Assembly (NCBI RefSeq): GCF_021028975.2
Contig: NC_059426.1
Span: 70,184,001-70,248,000 of the forward strand
Length of the DNA stretch: 64,000 bases
Source of the DNA: Sphaerodactylus townsendi
Lineage: Eukaryota
Reading direction: 5' to 3'
In this document: piece by piece, positions 24,536-38,302 of the stretch
How positions within the stretch are numbered: the stretch's first letter is position 1
Layout: each line of letters begins with the position of its first letter
The notes under the pieces: generated by a model
The model's input: the letters and a program-made list of their open reading frames with translations, nothing else
Told to the model about the DNA's origin: nothing
Databases searched by the model: none
Position numbers and translations under genes: made by a program

Positions 24536-25384
24536 CCACCAGCTCAAAATGTAAAGCTTCAGTTTTTACTTTCTTTGTCACTAGGAGATGCTATTCCATC
24601 TGCTGCATATCACATACTAAAAACTGTATTGGTTATTCAGCCTCCAGATTCAAATTTTGTGTAAAGTACATCATACTTAGAAGGCATTTGGAAGACACCT
24701 CTTAGAAGGCATTTAATTAATTTTGAAATAGATTATACCAAATCAGTGAAAAATTAGCAACTTAAGATCCAATAGTATTATTCTAAAGATTATGTAATCA
24801 ATCAAACTTGGTTCAAGATGAAAAGTATAGATTTAAGTTGGCATAGAAAAACCTCCAGATATATGATTGACTTAGATTACAGATGTAATAGTTTTGAAAA
24901 TTTTGAAGCCAAGGGGAAAAATTCCTTGGAGAACGGAAGACTCTGGGAAAAACTGAAATATATTAAGTACTTTCTTAACAATCCTAAACTGATTTTATTG
25001 TTTCAGCAACATGAATCACTTGTAACTTAGCATATAAAATTGTTACTTTTGACATAAGCATGAAATGTAAAAATACAAACACAGTTTACATGGAAAGGAA
25101 AAAGTTCATACAGTTTCAACTTTCATTTATTAAAATTTAGAATATTTATATGTTGCCTTTATAAAGACTTGGTCAAGGTGGCTCCCAATGTAAAAGCTAT
25201 GCAGTAAAAGCATAAAAACAATATAGGAATTATGTATAATAAAGCAAGCCATTGAAACTGTGATATTATACAGGATGCTCCAGACTTACACATCGTCTTA
25301 TTATTTTTACTTGAGGGTACTAAATTTCAGTAAGAACTTAATAGGCTTAAATCTGGGGTTTCTGGTGTATACTATTCAAATTGT

Positions 25385-25622
25385 ATTTATTTGTTTTTGT
25401 TTGTTTACTTCATTTATACCCCACCTTCCTCACCAAAAGGAACCCAAAGAATCTTAAATTGCACTTTTCTTTTCCATTTTTTCTTCACAACAAACCTGTA
25501 AGGTACATTAGGCTCAAGGTGTGTAAATGTCCCAATATCACCTAGCAAGCTTCCATGACAGAGGGGAGATTTGAACCTGGTTCTTTAAGATCCTAATCCA
25601 AAACTCTAACCACTATGCTACA
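25385..25622 (-). mobile_element. tRNA-derived SINE (Squam3/MIR-like)
   Basis: Reverse-complement A box (accactatgcta) and B box (gatttgaacc), with a (TTTA/TTTG)n tail at the left end. Confidence 0.7.
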
Positions 25623-25989
25623 TGTTTTTTTTGGGGGGGGGGGTCATCTCATATAGAATTAGGAATCTCTCACTTTTACCTTACTATGCTCATGTACTAT
25701 TCCTTCAACAGGCTCTTTCAGACATATTCAAAAGTGGGATATTATATTGTATCTGTTTAAAGCTTGGCCTGTATTCTTATTAGCAAAATTCAAGCATCTA
25801 CAATACCAGCAGAACAAGGAGAAAAATTAAACATAACACTCTTCACACCACTGGCCTTTCCATGACAACAGATTTTCTTCTGCTCATAATCTTGTCTGGG
25901 TTAAAACACAAATACTCTTAGAATACCAATTTAACTATTTTTATTCAGAAGCAAGAGTCAGTGATTTCAGTTGGACTTGAATACAGATT

Positions 25990-26840
25990 TTGGGAGGGTG
26001 GAAAGGTGAGGCTTGGGGTAGGGGATGTTTGGAAGGTGTGGCTAAGAGTGAGGGAGAGGTTCAAAGTGAGGGAGGGTGGCAAGGTGGGGGAGGGTGAATG
26101 GGGGTTGGGATGGGGGAGGGTTGAAAGGTATGAGGAGAGGTGGGGAGAGGGTGGCAAGGAGTGGCTTGGAGTGGGGGGAGGTTTGGAAGGTGTGTCTAAG
26201 GGTCTAGGGGTGGGTATGGGGAGAGGTGTGGAGAGGGTGACAAGGTGTGTCTAGGGGTGGGAGAGGGAGGGATTTAGATGGTTGGAGTGGGAAAGTAAGA
26301 TGGGGGGACTTTGCTGAGCCCTCCACAGGCCCGGTGTTGCTGTGGGATGGGAGGGGAAGGTGAGGGGCGTTGCTGGGCCCATGGAGCTACTGCTCCGCAT
26401 ACTCAGCAATGGTAAATGGGTGTGCAGGACACACAGGGTTTGGGTCCCTCCCTATGTGTCCTCCATGGTGATTTGCTAAGGTGATTTGTTCATCATCAGC
26501 TCTTCAAACCCTTAGCCAATTATATATTGTAAGCTATATACAAATGGTGACTGGCTAGAAACTTGCAAAGAAGGTGCATCCCACTCACCTACACTTTTGC
26601 TCCCTTTCATTTGCCCCCTTTTCAAACAAACTTCTACCCACTTTTTCTCCCCCTCTCCTTTCCTACGAATCTTTCTCCCCTTCTTTTGGGTCAATCTTTC
26701 CCCTCTATTCATCCTCTTTCTCTCTTCCATCAATCTTTCTCCAAATATCACTTCCTCATTCTCTGACAAGTTACCCACTCTCTTCCACCTCCCCTTCTCT
26801 ATCAATGCTCCCGTCTCTCTTTCTCCCCCCTCTTTACTAT
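25990..26840. repeat. Low-complexity G-rich tract followed by a pyrimidine-rich tract
   Basis: GGG-run-rich 25990-26370; CT-rich 26580-26830. Confidence 0.7.
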
Positions 26841-27226
26841 GACCTCTTCAGCTGCAGTCTGACCAATTATAAATGGAGGGGCAGGGGGAGTTTTAAAAGG
26901 TACAGTACACTTTGAACCTACAGCTGGCAACTTCAGAGGTGTGCAAGTTGGAGCTTCTGCCCAGCGCCACTCCTGCTTCTCCCAGAAGTCTGACTAATTA
27001 GAAGCCAGGAGAAAGTTTTAAAAGGGCAGTTGAGCCAGCAGCTGGAGACAGGGATGAGAGTCATCTCACATCCCTTCCACAGACAGCACTCCCGGTAGTC
27101 TTTATGCTTATTTCTTCTCAAACAATAAGAGATTTGAAAGATTGCTAACATGGGAAACACAATTTTTGGGACCATGTAATTGCAAATGTTACTTTTTTTT
27201 CTTGCAGTCATAATCACTGAACACTG

Positions 27227-28165
27227 ATGGAAGGACTGAATCAAACCACTGTAACAGAATTCATTTTTGTAGGCTTCATGGACCATCCAGATCTGCAATT
27301 CCCTCTCTTTGTATTATTCCTTGGCATTTACATTGTCACTCTAGTTGGGAACCTGGGAATGATTGTTTTAATCCAGCTTGATGCCCGTCTTCATACTCCC
27401 ATGTATTTCTTTCTCAGTAACTTGTCAACTGTAGATGTTGGTTACTCATCTGTCATTGCCCCTAAGATGCTTGCAATCTTCATATCTGCCAACAGAACTA
27501 TTTCCTTCATTGAATGTGCTATACAGTTTTATTTCTTCTGCATCTTTGTGACAAATGAATGTTGTCTGTTGGGTGTGATGGCCTATGACCGCTTTGTAGC
27601 CATTTGCAATCCATTGCTTTATAGCACTGCAATGTCTAAGAGGCTTTGTGTCCTTCTTGTTATTGTATCATACATAACTGGGTTTGTGAATTCCACTACA
27701 CAAACCATTTTTATATTTAGCTTGTCTTTCTGTGACTCCAATATAATCAACCATTTCTTCTGTGATATCCCTCCCATTCTGAAGCTATCATGCTCTGACA
27801 TACACAACACAGACATAGTTCATTTTACCTTGTCTTCAGTAGTTGTTATAAGCACTATTGTCATTGTCCTGGTGTCCTATGCTTACATTCTCACCACTAT
27901 CTTGAAGATCCGGTCTGCTGAGGGCAGGCACAAGGCATTCTCTACTTGTGGTTCACACCTAGTAGCTGTCACTATATTCTATGGGACCCTAATCTTTATG
28001 TATTTACGTCCCACTTCAGGTTACACAACAGACCAAGACAAAATTATTTCTGTATTTTATACCTTAGTGATACCCATGCTAAACCCCCTGATTTATAGTT
28101 TAAGAAACAAGGAGGTAAAAGAAGCCTTGAAAAGGATAGTATACAGAAAAACCTTCTGTCAGTGA
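27227..28165 (+). CDS. Olfactory receptor, class II, family 5-like (312 aa, intact)
   Basis: NQT site. [49 protein letters not shown]. Acceptor tttttttcttgcAG at 27206-27207. Confidence 0.97.
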   Translation: MEGLNQTTVTEFIFVGFMDHPDLQFPLFVLFLGIYIVTLVGNLGMIVLIQLDARLHTPMYFFLSNLSTVDVGYSSVIAPKMLAIFISANRTISFIECAIQFYFFCIFVTNECCLLGVMAYDRFVAICNPLLYSTAMSKRLCVLLVIVSYITGFVNSTTQTIFIFSLSFCDSNIINHFFCDIPPILKLSCSDIHNTDIVHFTLSSVVVISTIVIVLVSYAYILTTILKIRSAEGRHKAFSTCGSHLVAVTIFYGTLIFMYLRPTSGYTTDQDKIISVFYTLVIPMLNPLIYSLRNKEVKEALKRIVYRKTFCQ

Positions 28166-28424
28166 ATAATCAGATCTGCATTTGGAGAAGATAATTTAAG
28201 GAGGCAATTTCCTGGGTATAATCGTTTTATACATTAATACTTATTTGATCCGTGTTCTTCCATGTAACTTCTTTTGCTTGTCACAACTCCAACTTCACTC
28301 AATATCCCCTTTGAGCTTAAGAAGAATCTCCCTAAATTCCCATACACCTTGCTTTTTAAGTGAATGTATGATATTTTGATACAGTCCAACTAAATGTTTA
28401 TACAGTTGTAAGCTGCTTAACTGA

Positions 28425-28575
28425 GGCACCTTCCGCACATGCAGAATTATGCACTTTCAATCCACTTTCAATGTACTTTGCAGTTGGATTTTACTGTGTT
28501 TAATAGCAAAATCCACTTGCAAACAATTGTGAAAGTGGACTGAAAGTACATTATTTTGCATGTGTGGAAGGGACC
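28425..28575. mobile_element. Harbinger-like hairpin MITE
   Basis: GGCACCTTCCGCACATGCA ... TGCATGTGTGGAAGGGACC, an almost fully palindromic body. Partial sister copy at ~52675-52756. Confidence 0.75.
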
Positions 28576-28711
28576 TCAGAGTTCGACTCACATGCTCCAA
28601 TTCTCCAATCATATTATTGGTATCATGCAGGTCATATGTTAGGGGAAAACTAACATGTTCTAGTTTCTTGCTTCTCCCTGCTTTCTTGCAAAAGGAGGAC
28701 TGGCAGCAAAT

Positions 28712-30159
28712 CAGTGACGTAGGTATAGATTTTTTATGGGGAGGGGTTGGGGGTGAGGCCATGCCCCCACCCACCCCTGGGGGTGAGGCCACGTCTCCCC
28801 AAGCCACTCCTATGGCCTCAGTGCTTATAAAAAGCAGCTCTCCGAGGCAAGAGATGGCAGACTCCTGTGACCTCCCCCCCCCCCACTGGCTGGGCTTCCC
28901 AGCTGGCAGCTGGCAGTCCCTTCTCACTCCCCTCCAGGCAGAGGGGTTGCTAGGGAAAATGGAGCCCAGTGTAAAATCTGAGGTTTGCAGGCCCCCCGCT
29001 ATGGGCGGCTGCTGTTGTAACCCCCATGCTCAGAATGGGTTGACCCAGAAAGGGGTGGAGACTCAAAGCAGCAGAGAGCTTGTGTGGTTTGGAGGAGACA
29101 AGGCTACCAGACTTGGACCTTGATTAGTATAAGCCCTTAACACCTTGTTAAGGGTTTTTTATGTTTGTAATGGGTGAGAGTTCTCCTGGAAACCTTCATC
29201 ATGTTGAATCCTGTTCATCAAGCCCTTGGAGTCTTCAGGAGCCAACCCACTTGCAAAGAAGAATTGGACTTGGCAGTATCAGTAGACTGTAAATATAAGG
29301 ACTTGAAAATGCAACCTGAACAGGACCTTGAAGTGTGATGTTAAATGTTGATGTTATATGTTATATGTTAAGAAAGTAAACAATTTTGTTTTTTTTAATT
29401 TTGTTGTTGCAAACTCATTTCAAGTTCTGCCCCACAGAACCCACAGTTAGAGGTTACACTGTGACACTGGAATCCACCCCCAAACAGCATCACTTTCAAT
29501 GGTGTTTAAATTAGGAAGCCCAGATTCTCCTTTTAAATCCATTTTAAAGGGAGAATCTGGGGTCCCCAGTAAAAATAACATTGAAAGTGATGGTGTTTTG
29601 GGGTGGATTCTCCCCCACCCTGAAACAGCATCACTTTCAATGTTTGAACTGGTGACCTCAGATTCTCACTTTAAATCCATGCCAAAGGGGGGTGGATTTA
29701 AAAAGAGAATCTGCGGAAATTTGGGGGCTGCCTGCTGTCAGGGCTACAATTATTAAGCTAGCAGCACCAAATTTTCAGGTTATCTTTAGGAGACTCTCCT
29801 GATGATACCACCCAGGTTTGGTGAAGTTTGTTTCAGGGGGTCCAAAGTTATGGACTCTCAAAGGTGTAGCCCCATCTACTATTAGCTCCCATTGGAAACA
29901 ATGGGGAATGGGGGCACCCCTTTTGTGGGTCCATAACTTTGGAGTCCCTGAATGAAACTTCACCAAACTTGGCTGGTATCATCAGGAGTGTCACCTGACG
30001 ATAGCCTGAAATTTTGGTGTTGGTAGCCTAAAAACTGCGCCTCCCTCAGGCCAAAAACAAAAAACCTACTTTAAAATGCAAACGGGGGGGGGGGGGGGGG
30101 AGCTTCGGACATGCAATGGAGAGGTTGAACCCGAGAACCCCCCCTTACCTACGTCCCTG
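28712..30159 (+). mobile_element. Composite hAT-like non-autonomous element
   Basis: TIRs CAGTGACGTAGGTA / TACCTACGTCCCTG (13/14). A second hAT-type end sits inside at 28939. Contains the shared palindromic modules and is interrupted by a solo LTR. Confidence 0.8.
29016..29458 (+). mobile_element. Solo LTR (4-bp TSD; Gypsy/ERV1-type)
   Basis: TGTAACC...GGTTACA perfect termini; TSD CTGT at 29012-29015 and 29459-29462. The empty site is visible in the paralogous copy at ~14965-14998. Confidence 0.9.
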
Positions 30160-30282
30160 CCTGAGCAAATCAATATGTGGAGGAGGCAATGTATTAGCAC
30201 AGTCTAGCTGCTTCTAGGGATGTTTGAGAGTTGGGAAACAGCACTCACATACACAATTCTTTGCACAAATCAAGATATTCAA

Positions 30283-30553
30283 GGAGCAGCAGTGGCGTAG
30301 TGGTTAAGAGCAAGTGTACTCAAACCTGGAAGAACCAGGTTTGATTCCCCGCTCTGCCACTTGAGTTGTGGAGGCTTATCTGGGGAATTCAGATTAGCCT
30401 GTGCACTCCAACACATGCCAGTTGAGTGACCTTGGGCTAGTCACAGTTCTTCTGAGCTCTCACAGCCCCACATACCTCACAGGGTGTTTGTTGTGAGAGG
30501 GGAAGGGAAAGGAGTTTGTAAACCCCTTTGAGTGTCCTACAGGAGAGAAAGGG
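30283..30553 (+). mobile_element. tRNA-derived SINE (gecko Squam3-like)
   Basis: A box TGGCGTAGTGG and B box GGTTTGATTCC. Homologous to 54436-54700 and 58837-59300. Confidence 0.85.
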
Positions 30554-30774
30554 NNNNNNNNNNNNNNNNNNNNNNNNNNNNNNNNNNNNNNNNNNNNNNN
30601 NNNNNNNNNNNNNNNNNNNNNNNNNNNNNNNNNNNNNNNNNNNNNNNNNNNNNNNNNNNNNNNNNNNNNNNNNNNNNNNNNNNNNNNNNNNNNNNNNNNN
30701 NNNNNNNNNNNNNNNNNNNNNNNNNNNNNNNNNNNNNNNNNNNNNNNNNNNNNNNNNNNNNNNNNNNNNNNNNN
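30554..30774. other. Assembly gap (N run)
   Basis: 221 Ns. Confidence 1.
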
Positions 30775-32699
30775 GCTCAGTGCGGATTACAGCAACAAAT
30801 ATAACATATAAAATTTAATTTAATGAAACAATTAAAACAACTATAATAATTAAAACCTAATCCAGACTGGACAAAATACATTTAAATTAAAATCGACTTG
30901 AAACCTTGAATCTGAGTTAAATTTAAGACCGGCAACAGATGTTATTAAGAAATAGAAAGGGGATTAATCGTTTAGGGTCGATAGACTGTTTCCATTTTTA
31001 GATACTCTAGCTAGGCAGGAGTGTTTTTATTTATATGTATGTGTCAATAAAAAATAAAGTCATTCAGAATAATTTTCTTCACAAAATGTGTTTTGTTGAA
31101 GGCACATTCAAGCACAGATTAGCCTGATGGAGTTTTTACATGCATTGAATAGCTGAAAAATTCTCCAGAAGTAACAGGGACAGCATTGATAATTGCAAAG
31201 AATGATGGCAAAGGAACTCAGACCCCACAAAATGAGGAATTTTGGAAGAGTGAGCAGCATTCTTATTCTATCTTCAGCCATTTCCAGTGAGCACTTTTCT
31301 CCCCAGGATGTAACTGATGAATGTACTTGGGATTTAGTGTACCACATTATTTTCTGGTACATGTATCTAGAAGTAAGAGCAGTGCAAATAGTAGCATGTA
31401 ATTCAAACTTCTCTCTTGGCCCTTCTTATTTACAGGATCATCTCTCTCCCTATGCTCCTCCATGACATCTCTGTTCATGTCAGTAAAGGTTTTTGCAGAT
31501 ACAAATAGGCAAAATCAACAACTACCTTTACCTGTTCTTTCTCCATTGTGGATCCCACCTAGTGGAACGGTCTGCCCAAGGAGGTCAAGTTAATTCCCTC
31601 TCTATGCGAAAGGTCCCTCTCTGTGCATAATGGAACTATTCCAGAACGATTTTCTGACTTCCAGTACAGAAAATGGCTCTGGGTAGTCTTGCTAAAAGGA
31701 ATGCAATGACACAATCATGAAAATACAGAAAGTTTAGAAAAGAATCAAAATAAAACTATTTCAAAAGAAATTCCCAGAGAAGAAGATGCTAGAGTGCTTT
31801 TAAAAACAGACTCCAGAGCCTAACCCTCTTTCAGTTGGCAAACTGTCAAAATAAAAACCAGAAAAGACACAACATTTTAAGAGGTCAGCAACCAGAAAGA
31901 GGGGAGGAATTGGTTTCTGCGTTAAAACTTTGTAAATCCTGGGTAACTGTTGAAGTACTGACATCTACTGATCAAAAATGGCTATTACATGCAAAGGTTC
32001 ATTGACTGGTGATGTTATCAAAGTCATTAATAGTGTAAAAATGTTGTTCACCAGTCTGCAGACTCTTAGATCAGAAAAGGACTCTGTCATGCCCCCACAG
32101 AGGCTTCTGTTATTTCACCATTAAGCTTCAGTTTCCCCATAGTTAGCATGGTTTTAGTTCACTGTTAAGTCTTCTAAGGGAGGGTATTTTAGTTAGCCCC
32201 TGTCCCTTTAAGACATTTCCTAATAGGCAGTCTTCCTTTTTTACCCAGCAATCCTCTGTTTTAGTTCTAGCCAGTCAGTCATAGCGAGGTGCCAAGGGTA
32301 GCTGGAGACTGGAATATTTGTGACGTATATTTTATTTATTTATGTATTTATTATTTATTTATTTGTTAGATTTAGGAACCGCAAACCACCGAATGGCACT
32401 ATGGTGGTCCATAGAGCGTAAGTTAAGGTTAACAGGAATTAGAACCAGACAAAGGCTGAAATAACTGAAAGAAAGCAAGACACAGTGGACTTTCTTGAAA
32501 GCAGCCAAGAGAAGACACATACAGCTTCAAATCTGCTCAAGACAAGCAAGTATTCTGATTTAGATGGACCCAAGGAAGGAGTTAGGGTCTTGATTCTCTT
32601 AAGTAATAAACCTATTGTTGAACTGTTGAATCTGGCTTGTGTCTCCCCACTCTGTCCTAGCCAAGTACAGGGCACCAAAAACAGATCCACTTCTATGAA

Positions 32700-33378
32700 G
32701 GACAATGTTAACAAGAATATCTTTACAATGAAGTCTGAACTTATGGATGATAGTAAAGAAATTAAACTTGATTTCAAAACAGTGGTACAATGGGAAAAAT
32801 AGTGGGAAGACAATGGAGGAAATCAAAATTATGGAAAAATTGGGGACTCTGGACAAACTGAAGTCAAATTGCACAATCAAGTCATTCTTTGTTTGGAGTA
32901 CCAGATTAGAGAAAAGGCCCTAAGGCTTAGAAAGGTCTCAGAAGATACAGGCTCAATAATGAAAGATTTGAAGAAGATCTCAGATTTAGCCAACTATCTA
33001 CAGATTAAGGAAGAAGAATTGGCATGAAGGATTGAAGAAAATCTATAGAGTTTCATTAAAAATCCTAAAGTGAGAGGACTGTGTAGAGACATTGTCATAC
33101 ATTTTAAATTTCAAAGAAATGATAGGACAAATTCTAGAAATATGCACAAAGTCAACAATCAAGTAGAAGACACAGACATCATTGTGATGACAGAGATTCC
33201 CTTGAGAGTTCTACCAAAAAGGAAAGAATACACATTTTTAAAGGACATTTTAAAGAAAAACCAGATAAGATTTTCTTGGCTGAAATGGGTAGGGATTTTC
33301 TTTACCTACAAGAAACAGCAGCAAACAATTAATTCTATAGCAAGTACCAAAATGATCTTCAAGAAGGTGAAGAAATAG
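32700..33378 (+). mobile_element. L1 ORF1-like relic
   Basis: A-rich. LCRDIVIHF...IIVMTEIPLRVLPKRKEYTFLKDILKKNQIRFSWL..VGIFFTY resembles the RRM/CTD region of L1 ORF1p. Preceded by a disrupted coiled-coil-like segment. Confidence 0.6.
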
Positions 33379-33781
33379 TTTATTTAAAAGTGGGCAGTTA
33401 GCACAATTAAGGGCTTTTAATTAACTGTTCTGGGAGAAGTTAGTGATAATTAAAGAGGGGATGATAAAGTTTGATACAAGGTTAAGAGGGATAGAGTATA
33501 AATGGCAGAAGACTTAAACTTTGGGAAAATACCGGTAAGTTAGGAAGATAGTTTGTATTGCTTCAAGGTAATACTCTAAATATTAAGAAATGTTTAGAAA
33601 TAAGGAAGAAATGATGTTGGCTTAATGTTTTGAAAAACAATGAAAGGGGTTTAGATAAATTTGACAGCAGGTTTTGGGCAGGAAATCATTTAGTTGTATG
33701 TAGACTTTATGTTGTTGTTTTTCCCTTTGTAAGTATGTGGCTGGATCACTTTTATCCTTTTCTTTTGTTATAGTTAACAGA

Positions 33782-33949
33782 CCAGGTGATCGGGAGCAAC
33801 AGCCGCAGAAGGCCATTGCGTTCACATCCTACATGTGAGCTCCCAAAGGCACCTGGTGGGCCACTGCGAGTAGCAGAGTGCTGGACTAGATGGACTTTGG
33901 TCTGATCCAGCTGGCTTGTTCTTATGTTCTTATGTTCTTATGTTCTTAT
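33782..33949 (+). mobile_element. CR1 LINE 3' end with (GTTCTTAT)n tail
   Basis: 'gctggactagatggac...tctgatccagctggcttgttcttatgttcttatgttcttatgttcttat'. Confidence 0.85.
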
Positions 33950-35589
33950 AGTTGATGTAATCCTAGTAATTAAAGAACATAAAGAATATATTTAAAGAGG
34001 GATTTTCTGTGCAGTTAATGAGCCTGCACAGTACAAAATGGTTTCATACAATTAACTTGGATAAACAACATTTGAGTTTTGCTGTCAATATTGTTGTATA
34101 GAGTTTAAAGAATTTGTACCAGCAAACTATTTGGGAAATCTTGTAATTCCAAAAATAAGAATAGCTTTCACTCAGACACAATTTAAAGTACTGTCAACTG
34201 GGCTACTAAAAGGGAGACAAAATTTGTAACAGAATTAGCCTTGTGGAATCATGAAGTGGAAACAATGGGGCATGTTCTTTCTTACTGCCGTTTTTGCAAG
34301 AAAATGTCTGACTAGCTGCTTCTGCCCATTTTATGAAAATTTCCAGGAACAACTGAAAAATCTTAAATGATTTTTTAGTAGATAAAAATAGTCAGACCAT
34401 GCAGAAGGTTGCAAAATTCTGCATAGGGAAGCAGTTTATATTTTATTGTACATCTTAACATTTTACTTGGGTTTTTTTTGTATTTATAAACTACATGATC
34501 AGAATTGAAATTATTGTTATTGTCATTTGTCTGTATTTTAATTAAGTTGATTGTTGACCATGATATTAAATACATGTAATACATGTATTAATAGGTGAAT
34601 GAATGTTATTTTTCCCTGTGATATTGCTCCCTTTGATATTGTTATTATGTAACAGTTATTGTGTTTTCCTACGCAAATGGTGTTATGTACTGTTAATTTG
34701 ATTTTGTTAATTTTATTGATACTGTTAATGGGTCTACTGAAATTGTTTACTGTTGTTGGGATAATTAGTTTTGTTATTGCATTATAGTGTTATGTACTGT
34801 ATTATGTTATGATGTATTATATTTTGATGCTGTTCACCATCTTGAGCCCTTCAGCGGAGGGCAGTATACAAATTAAAATTCAAATAAAATAAATAATAAA
34901 TAATTGGAACTTGGTGATCTTTACTGCTATACATGGCATATTGTAAGTAGGACCATATTTCGTAATTTCTGTACTACTAAATGTGTCATGTTGATAATTA
35001 TTCTGTGCTTTTGTTCCTTTCTGGTGGCTCCAGACTTCTGATATCCTACCATACTGATTACTGACTGTCCCATTTTGTCAATTGTATTGATGCACAATGT
35101 ATTGATGCACAATTGATGCACCTTGAGTCCATGTAAGAGAGGCAGGCTACAAATGACATAAATGAAATAATAAATACATAAATAATATGGTCTGATTCAT
35201 ATTAGAACTGGTTTGCAAGACAGAGGGGAATAGATTTCACAGCTGTTGCACAGCACTTGCATGGCATTGAATGTATGAATGTGTTGATAATTTCCCACTA
35301 GAATTACTATAATGTCCTCAATAGAATTGTTTTTGAACAACTGTCAGAAGTTTCAGATGTATTCAGAGTGGAATGGGTTGCCTTTCTAATGAAGTAGGCA
35401 ATATAAATGTCATAGTCTCAGATGCCAGAGATGTTACTGAACTGTAGACAAAAGAATTTACTGGCAGAGACTCTAGGCGGCTATTACGAGTAACCTGGAT
35501 AATTGCATGGAGGCCTTACTGATCCTCCAGGAGGTTCTAGAAATGTCTTTGTAGTGCAATATTTTGCTGATCATGAAAACTGCTTGGTG

Positions 35590-35880
35590 AAAGAGGAGTC
35601 AGCGTACCTGTGGACTCAGACCTCTTGCACTGGCATCAGTGGCATCCTAGATGTTCATCCTACCAATCAGTATGGCTGTTGTGCTCAGGCAATTTTAGCA
35701 ACAGTCCCTTCTGTCTGTTAGCTCTGCTTTACCAACTGTCCTTTTCTTAATGCAACTAATGTGGCTTGCCTTATCCAAGATTTTATAACATCATGGTTGG
35801 ATTACTATTATGTGGTCTATCCTGAGCTGCTCTTGGAGAAAACTTGGTAACTACGGCTGGTGCAAAAAGCAGCAACAAGA
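35590..35880 (+). mobile_element. L2 LINE ORF2 fragment
   Basis: LIQDFITSWLDYY..VYPELLLEKTW*LRLVQKAATR resembles the L2 motif LIHA.VTSRLDYCN..L.GLP....KLQLVQNAAAR. Confidence 0.7.
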
Positions 35881-36835
35881 TGTAGCAAGTGAAAAAGATA
35901 GTGAAAATAATGTTTTAAAATAGAATAATTGATATAACTCAATGCATTTTGTAAAATCTATGCTAGTAAAGTTCACAACTCTTGGCATGAAATCTGAAAC
36001 AATATTTGAGAAAATTAAAAATCTAAGGACTCTGTTGTTTACTTATAAAAGAAATTAAAGTAATGGTTATTGATGCAATAAAACTGTAGGAATTTTCTTT
36101 TATACATGGTAGAAACATAGAAGACATTTATAGAGACAAACTAAGCTAAATAATGAACATTTTGAAATAAGGGGCATGAAGGCTATTACAACTTGGTTGT
36201 GTGTTGCATGGTTCATCATTTAGGCAGTCCCCTTTCCTCCCATCCCACTTTACCCCATTGATTTTGTTTGAAAGCACATGTATCCCATTGAATAACATTG
36301 AACTTACTTTTGAGTAGACCTATAGGCAACTGCTCCCACAATATATGAAAGCAATTTATAGTTAAACTGTGCCTTCTTATTCAGTTTTGGAATTATAGCT
36401 GCAATGGTAATTTTGATTTGAATATTTCCTGTTTTATTTCTTTTTACAAAAATGTAGAATTTTTGTTTTTCACTAATACAGCATACAGCAAAATGCTTCT
36501 CTTAAAGCAATGTTAAGGATTTTCAGTATTTCCTCTGCAATCACAAAGATTAGACTTACATTTCTACAAAAAGAAAAAAAGAGAAAAGGACAAGCACCAC
36601 AGAAAAATTAGTCACAGGTGACTAAATTATAGAGAAACATTGTCTTTCCTATATATAATTATCAAATTATCTGAGACATCTGCTAGTAGTACAACATGGA
36701 ATACATTTTCCACCCTGACTGCTTTACAAAAATTCTTTACTTTTTGCCCTATTTTTGTTCATTAAACAACCAAAAACAATACTTTTATTTTGGTATCACC
36801 TTCTTTACAAAAAATAAGAGAAAACAAGAACCACA

Positions 36836-37765
36836 TTACAAATTATAAAAGTTGATTACTCTTTTAAAGGCATCCTTTACTTCTTTGTTCCTCAAGCTGT
36901 AAATCAGTGGGTTCAGCATTGGGACTACCAGGGTATAGAACACAGCTGAGACTTTTTCTTGCTCCTGAGAGTACATGGAACTGGGTTGTAAATGACTTAA
37001 ACTTACTGGTCCATAGAACAAAGTTACAGCAGTCAGATGGGAGGCACAGGTTGAGAAGGCTTTGTATCTATTCTCAGATGAGTGGATCTTTAGGATCGTG
37101 GTGAGGATGAATATGTAGGAGATTATGATGATCAGGAATGTAGAAAGAGCAATTACCCCAGAGAAGATGACCAGTAGAAGTTCATTAATGTGGATATCAG
37201 AGCATGCAACTTGCAGCATAGCTGGTGTGTCACAGAAAAAGTGGTTGACTGTATTAGGAACACAGAATGATAATATCAGTAAGCCAGATGTATGTGTGAA
37301 TGAATTCAATACCCCTCCCAAATATGACCCTCCCAGCAGATAAATGCAAATCCTTTTGGTTATAACAGCAGTATAGAGCAATGGATTACAAATGGCTACA
37401 TAGCGATCATATGCCATTGCAGCTAATAGGAACCCTTCAGTAGTCACAAACACCACAAAAAACCAATGTTGGGTGATGCAAGCAGCAAAAGAAATTGTTT
37501 TAGACTGAGCAAAATTCATTAGCAGCCTTGGAGCAAAGATGGAAGAATAGCAAATATCCACCAAAGACAGATTGCTGAGAAAGAAGTACATGGGGGTGTG
37601 GAGCTGGGGACTGATCCTGATCAATACAATCATTCCCATATTCCCTGCCAATGTCAGAACATAGATAATCAGAAATAAGACAAAGAGAGGGACCTGAAGA
37701 ACAGGCTGATCTGTTAGTCCAAGAAGGATGAATTCGGTCACCATGGTGTAATTTTTCACAGCCAT
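36836..37765 (-). CDS. Olfactory receptor, family 5, OR5J-like (309 aa from MAVKNYT)
   Basis: All OR motifs present. [29 protein letters not shown] and QPSS..SQEQEKV resemble mammalian OR5J2 as recalled. The splice acceptor at 37793-37792 puts the ORF-track ATG at 37831 in the intron. Confidence 0.95.
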   Translation of the reverse strand: MAVKNYTMVTEFILLGLTDQPVLQVPLFVLFLIIYVLTLAGNMGMIVLIRISPQLHTPMYFFLSNLSLVDICYSSIFAPRLLMNFAQSKTISFAACITQHWFFVVFVTTEGFLLAAMAYDRYVAICNPLLYTAVITKRICIYLLGGSYLGGVLNSFTHTSGLLILSFCVPNTVNHFFCDTPAMLQVACSDIHINELLLVIFSGVIALSTFLIIIISYIFILTTILKIHSSENRYKAFSTCASHLTAVTLFYGPVSLSHLQPSSMYSQEQEKVSAVFYTLVVPMLNPLIYSLRNKEVKDAFKRVINFYNL

Positions 37766-38302
37766 TGGATTGCAATGACATGTCAGGGCACCTGATGAAC
37801 AGAATGAAAGGATGTGAGTCATTACACTCATCAGATCTCATTGACACACCAGAATTCTGAGTTGGGCAAATAAGACATTCTCTATGCAAAGTGCTGCAAA
37901 CATTCAGGAGGCTAATATGCCTAAGGTTCTATATGAAAGGAGTTGCTAAGAGACTGGAGTGATTCTTTCTAAAGAATGGGGTTGCAGAAGAGCCAGTTTT
38001 ACTTGAGTAGCTCTGCAGACTGAGAGATATCCTCAGCCTGTCTGGTGGGGGATGCTTTTTGAAAGAGCAAGAAGGCTTGGTGCCATCTCTTCATCCTTTT
38101 CTCAGGAAAAAACTGAAAAAAAGTATTGAACATTGATGGGTGACCGTGTTGGTCTGCAGCTGCAAAATAAAACAGGAATCTCATGGTGCCTAAACTATCA
38201 TTTTTTTTGGTAAATACTAATTTTGTTAGTCTATATATGATGTCACTAGACTCCTGTTTCCTTTTAACTACAGTTGCTGTTTGTACTTGCTTGTGGCATG
38301 GC

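Noticed and set aside
30283-30360. tRNA gene
   Set aside because: A and B boxes are present, but the sequence continues into a multi-copy SINE body and does not form a proper cloverleaf.
37766-37831. N-terminal extensions of ORs in the ORF track (also 43645-43674)
   Set aside because: Each crosses a clear splice acceptor; the downstream ATG gives canonical OR length and N-glycosylation spacing.
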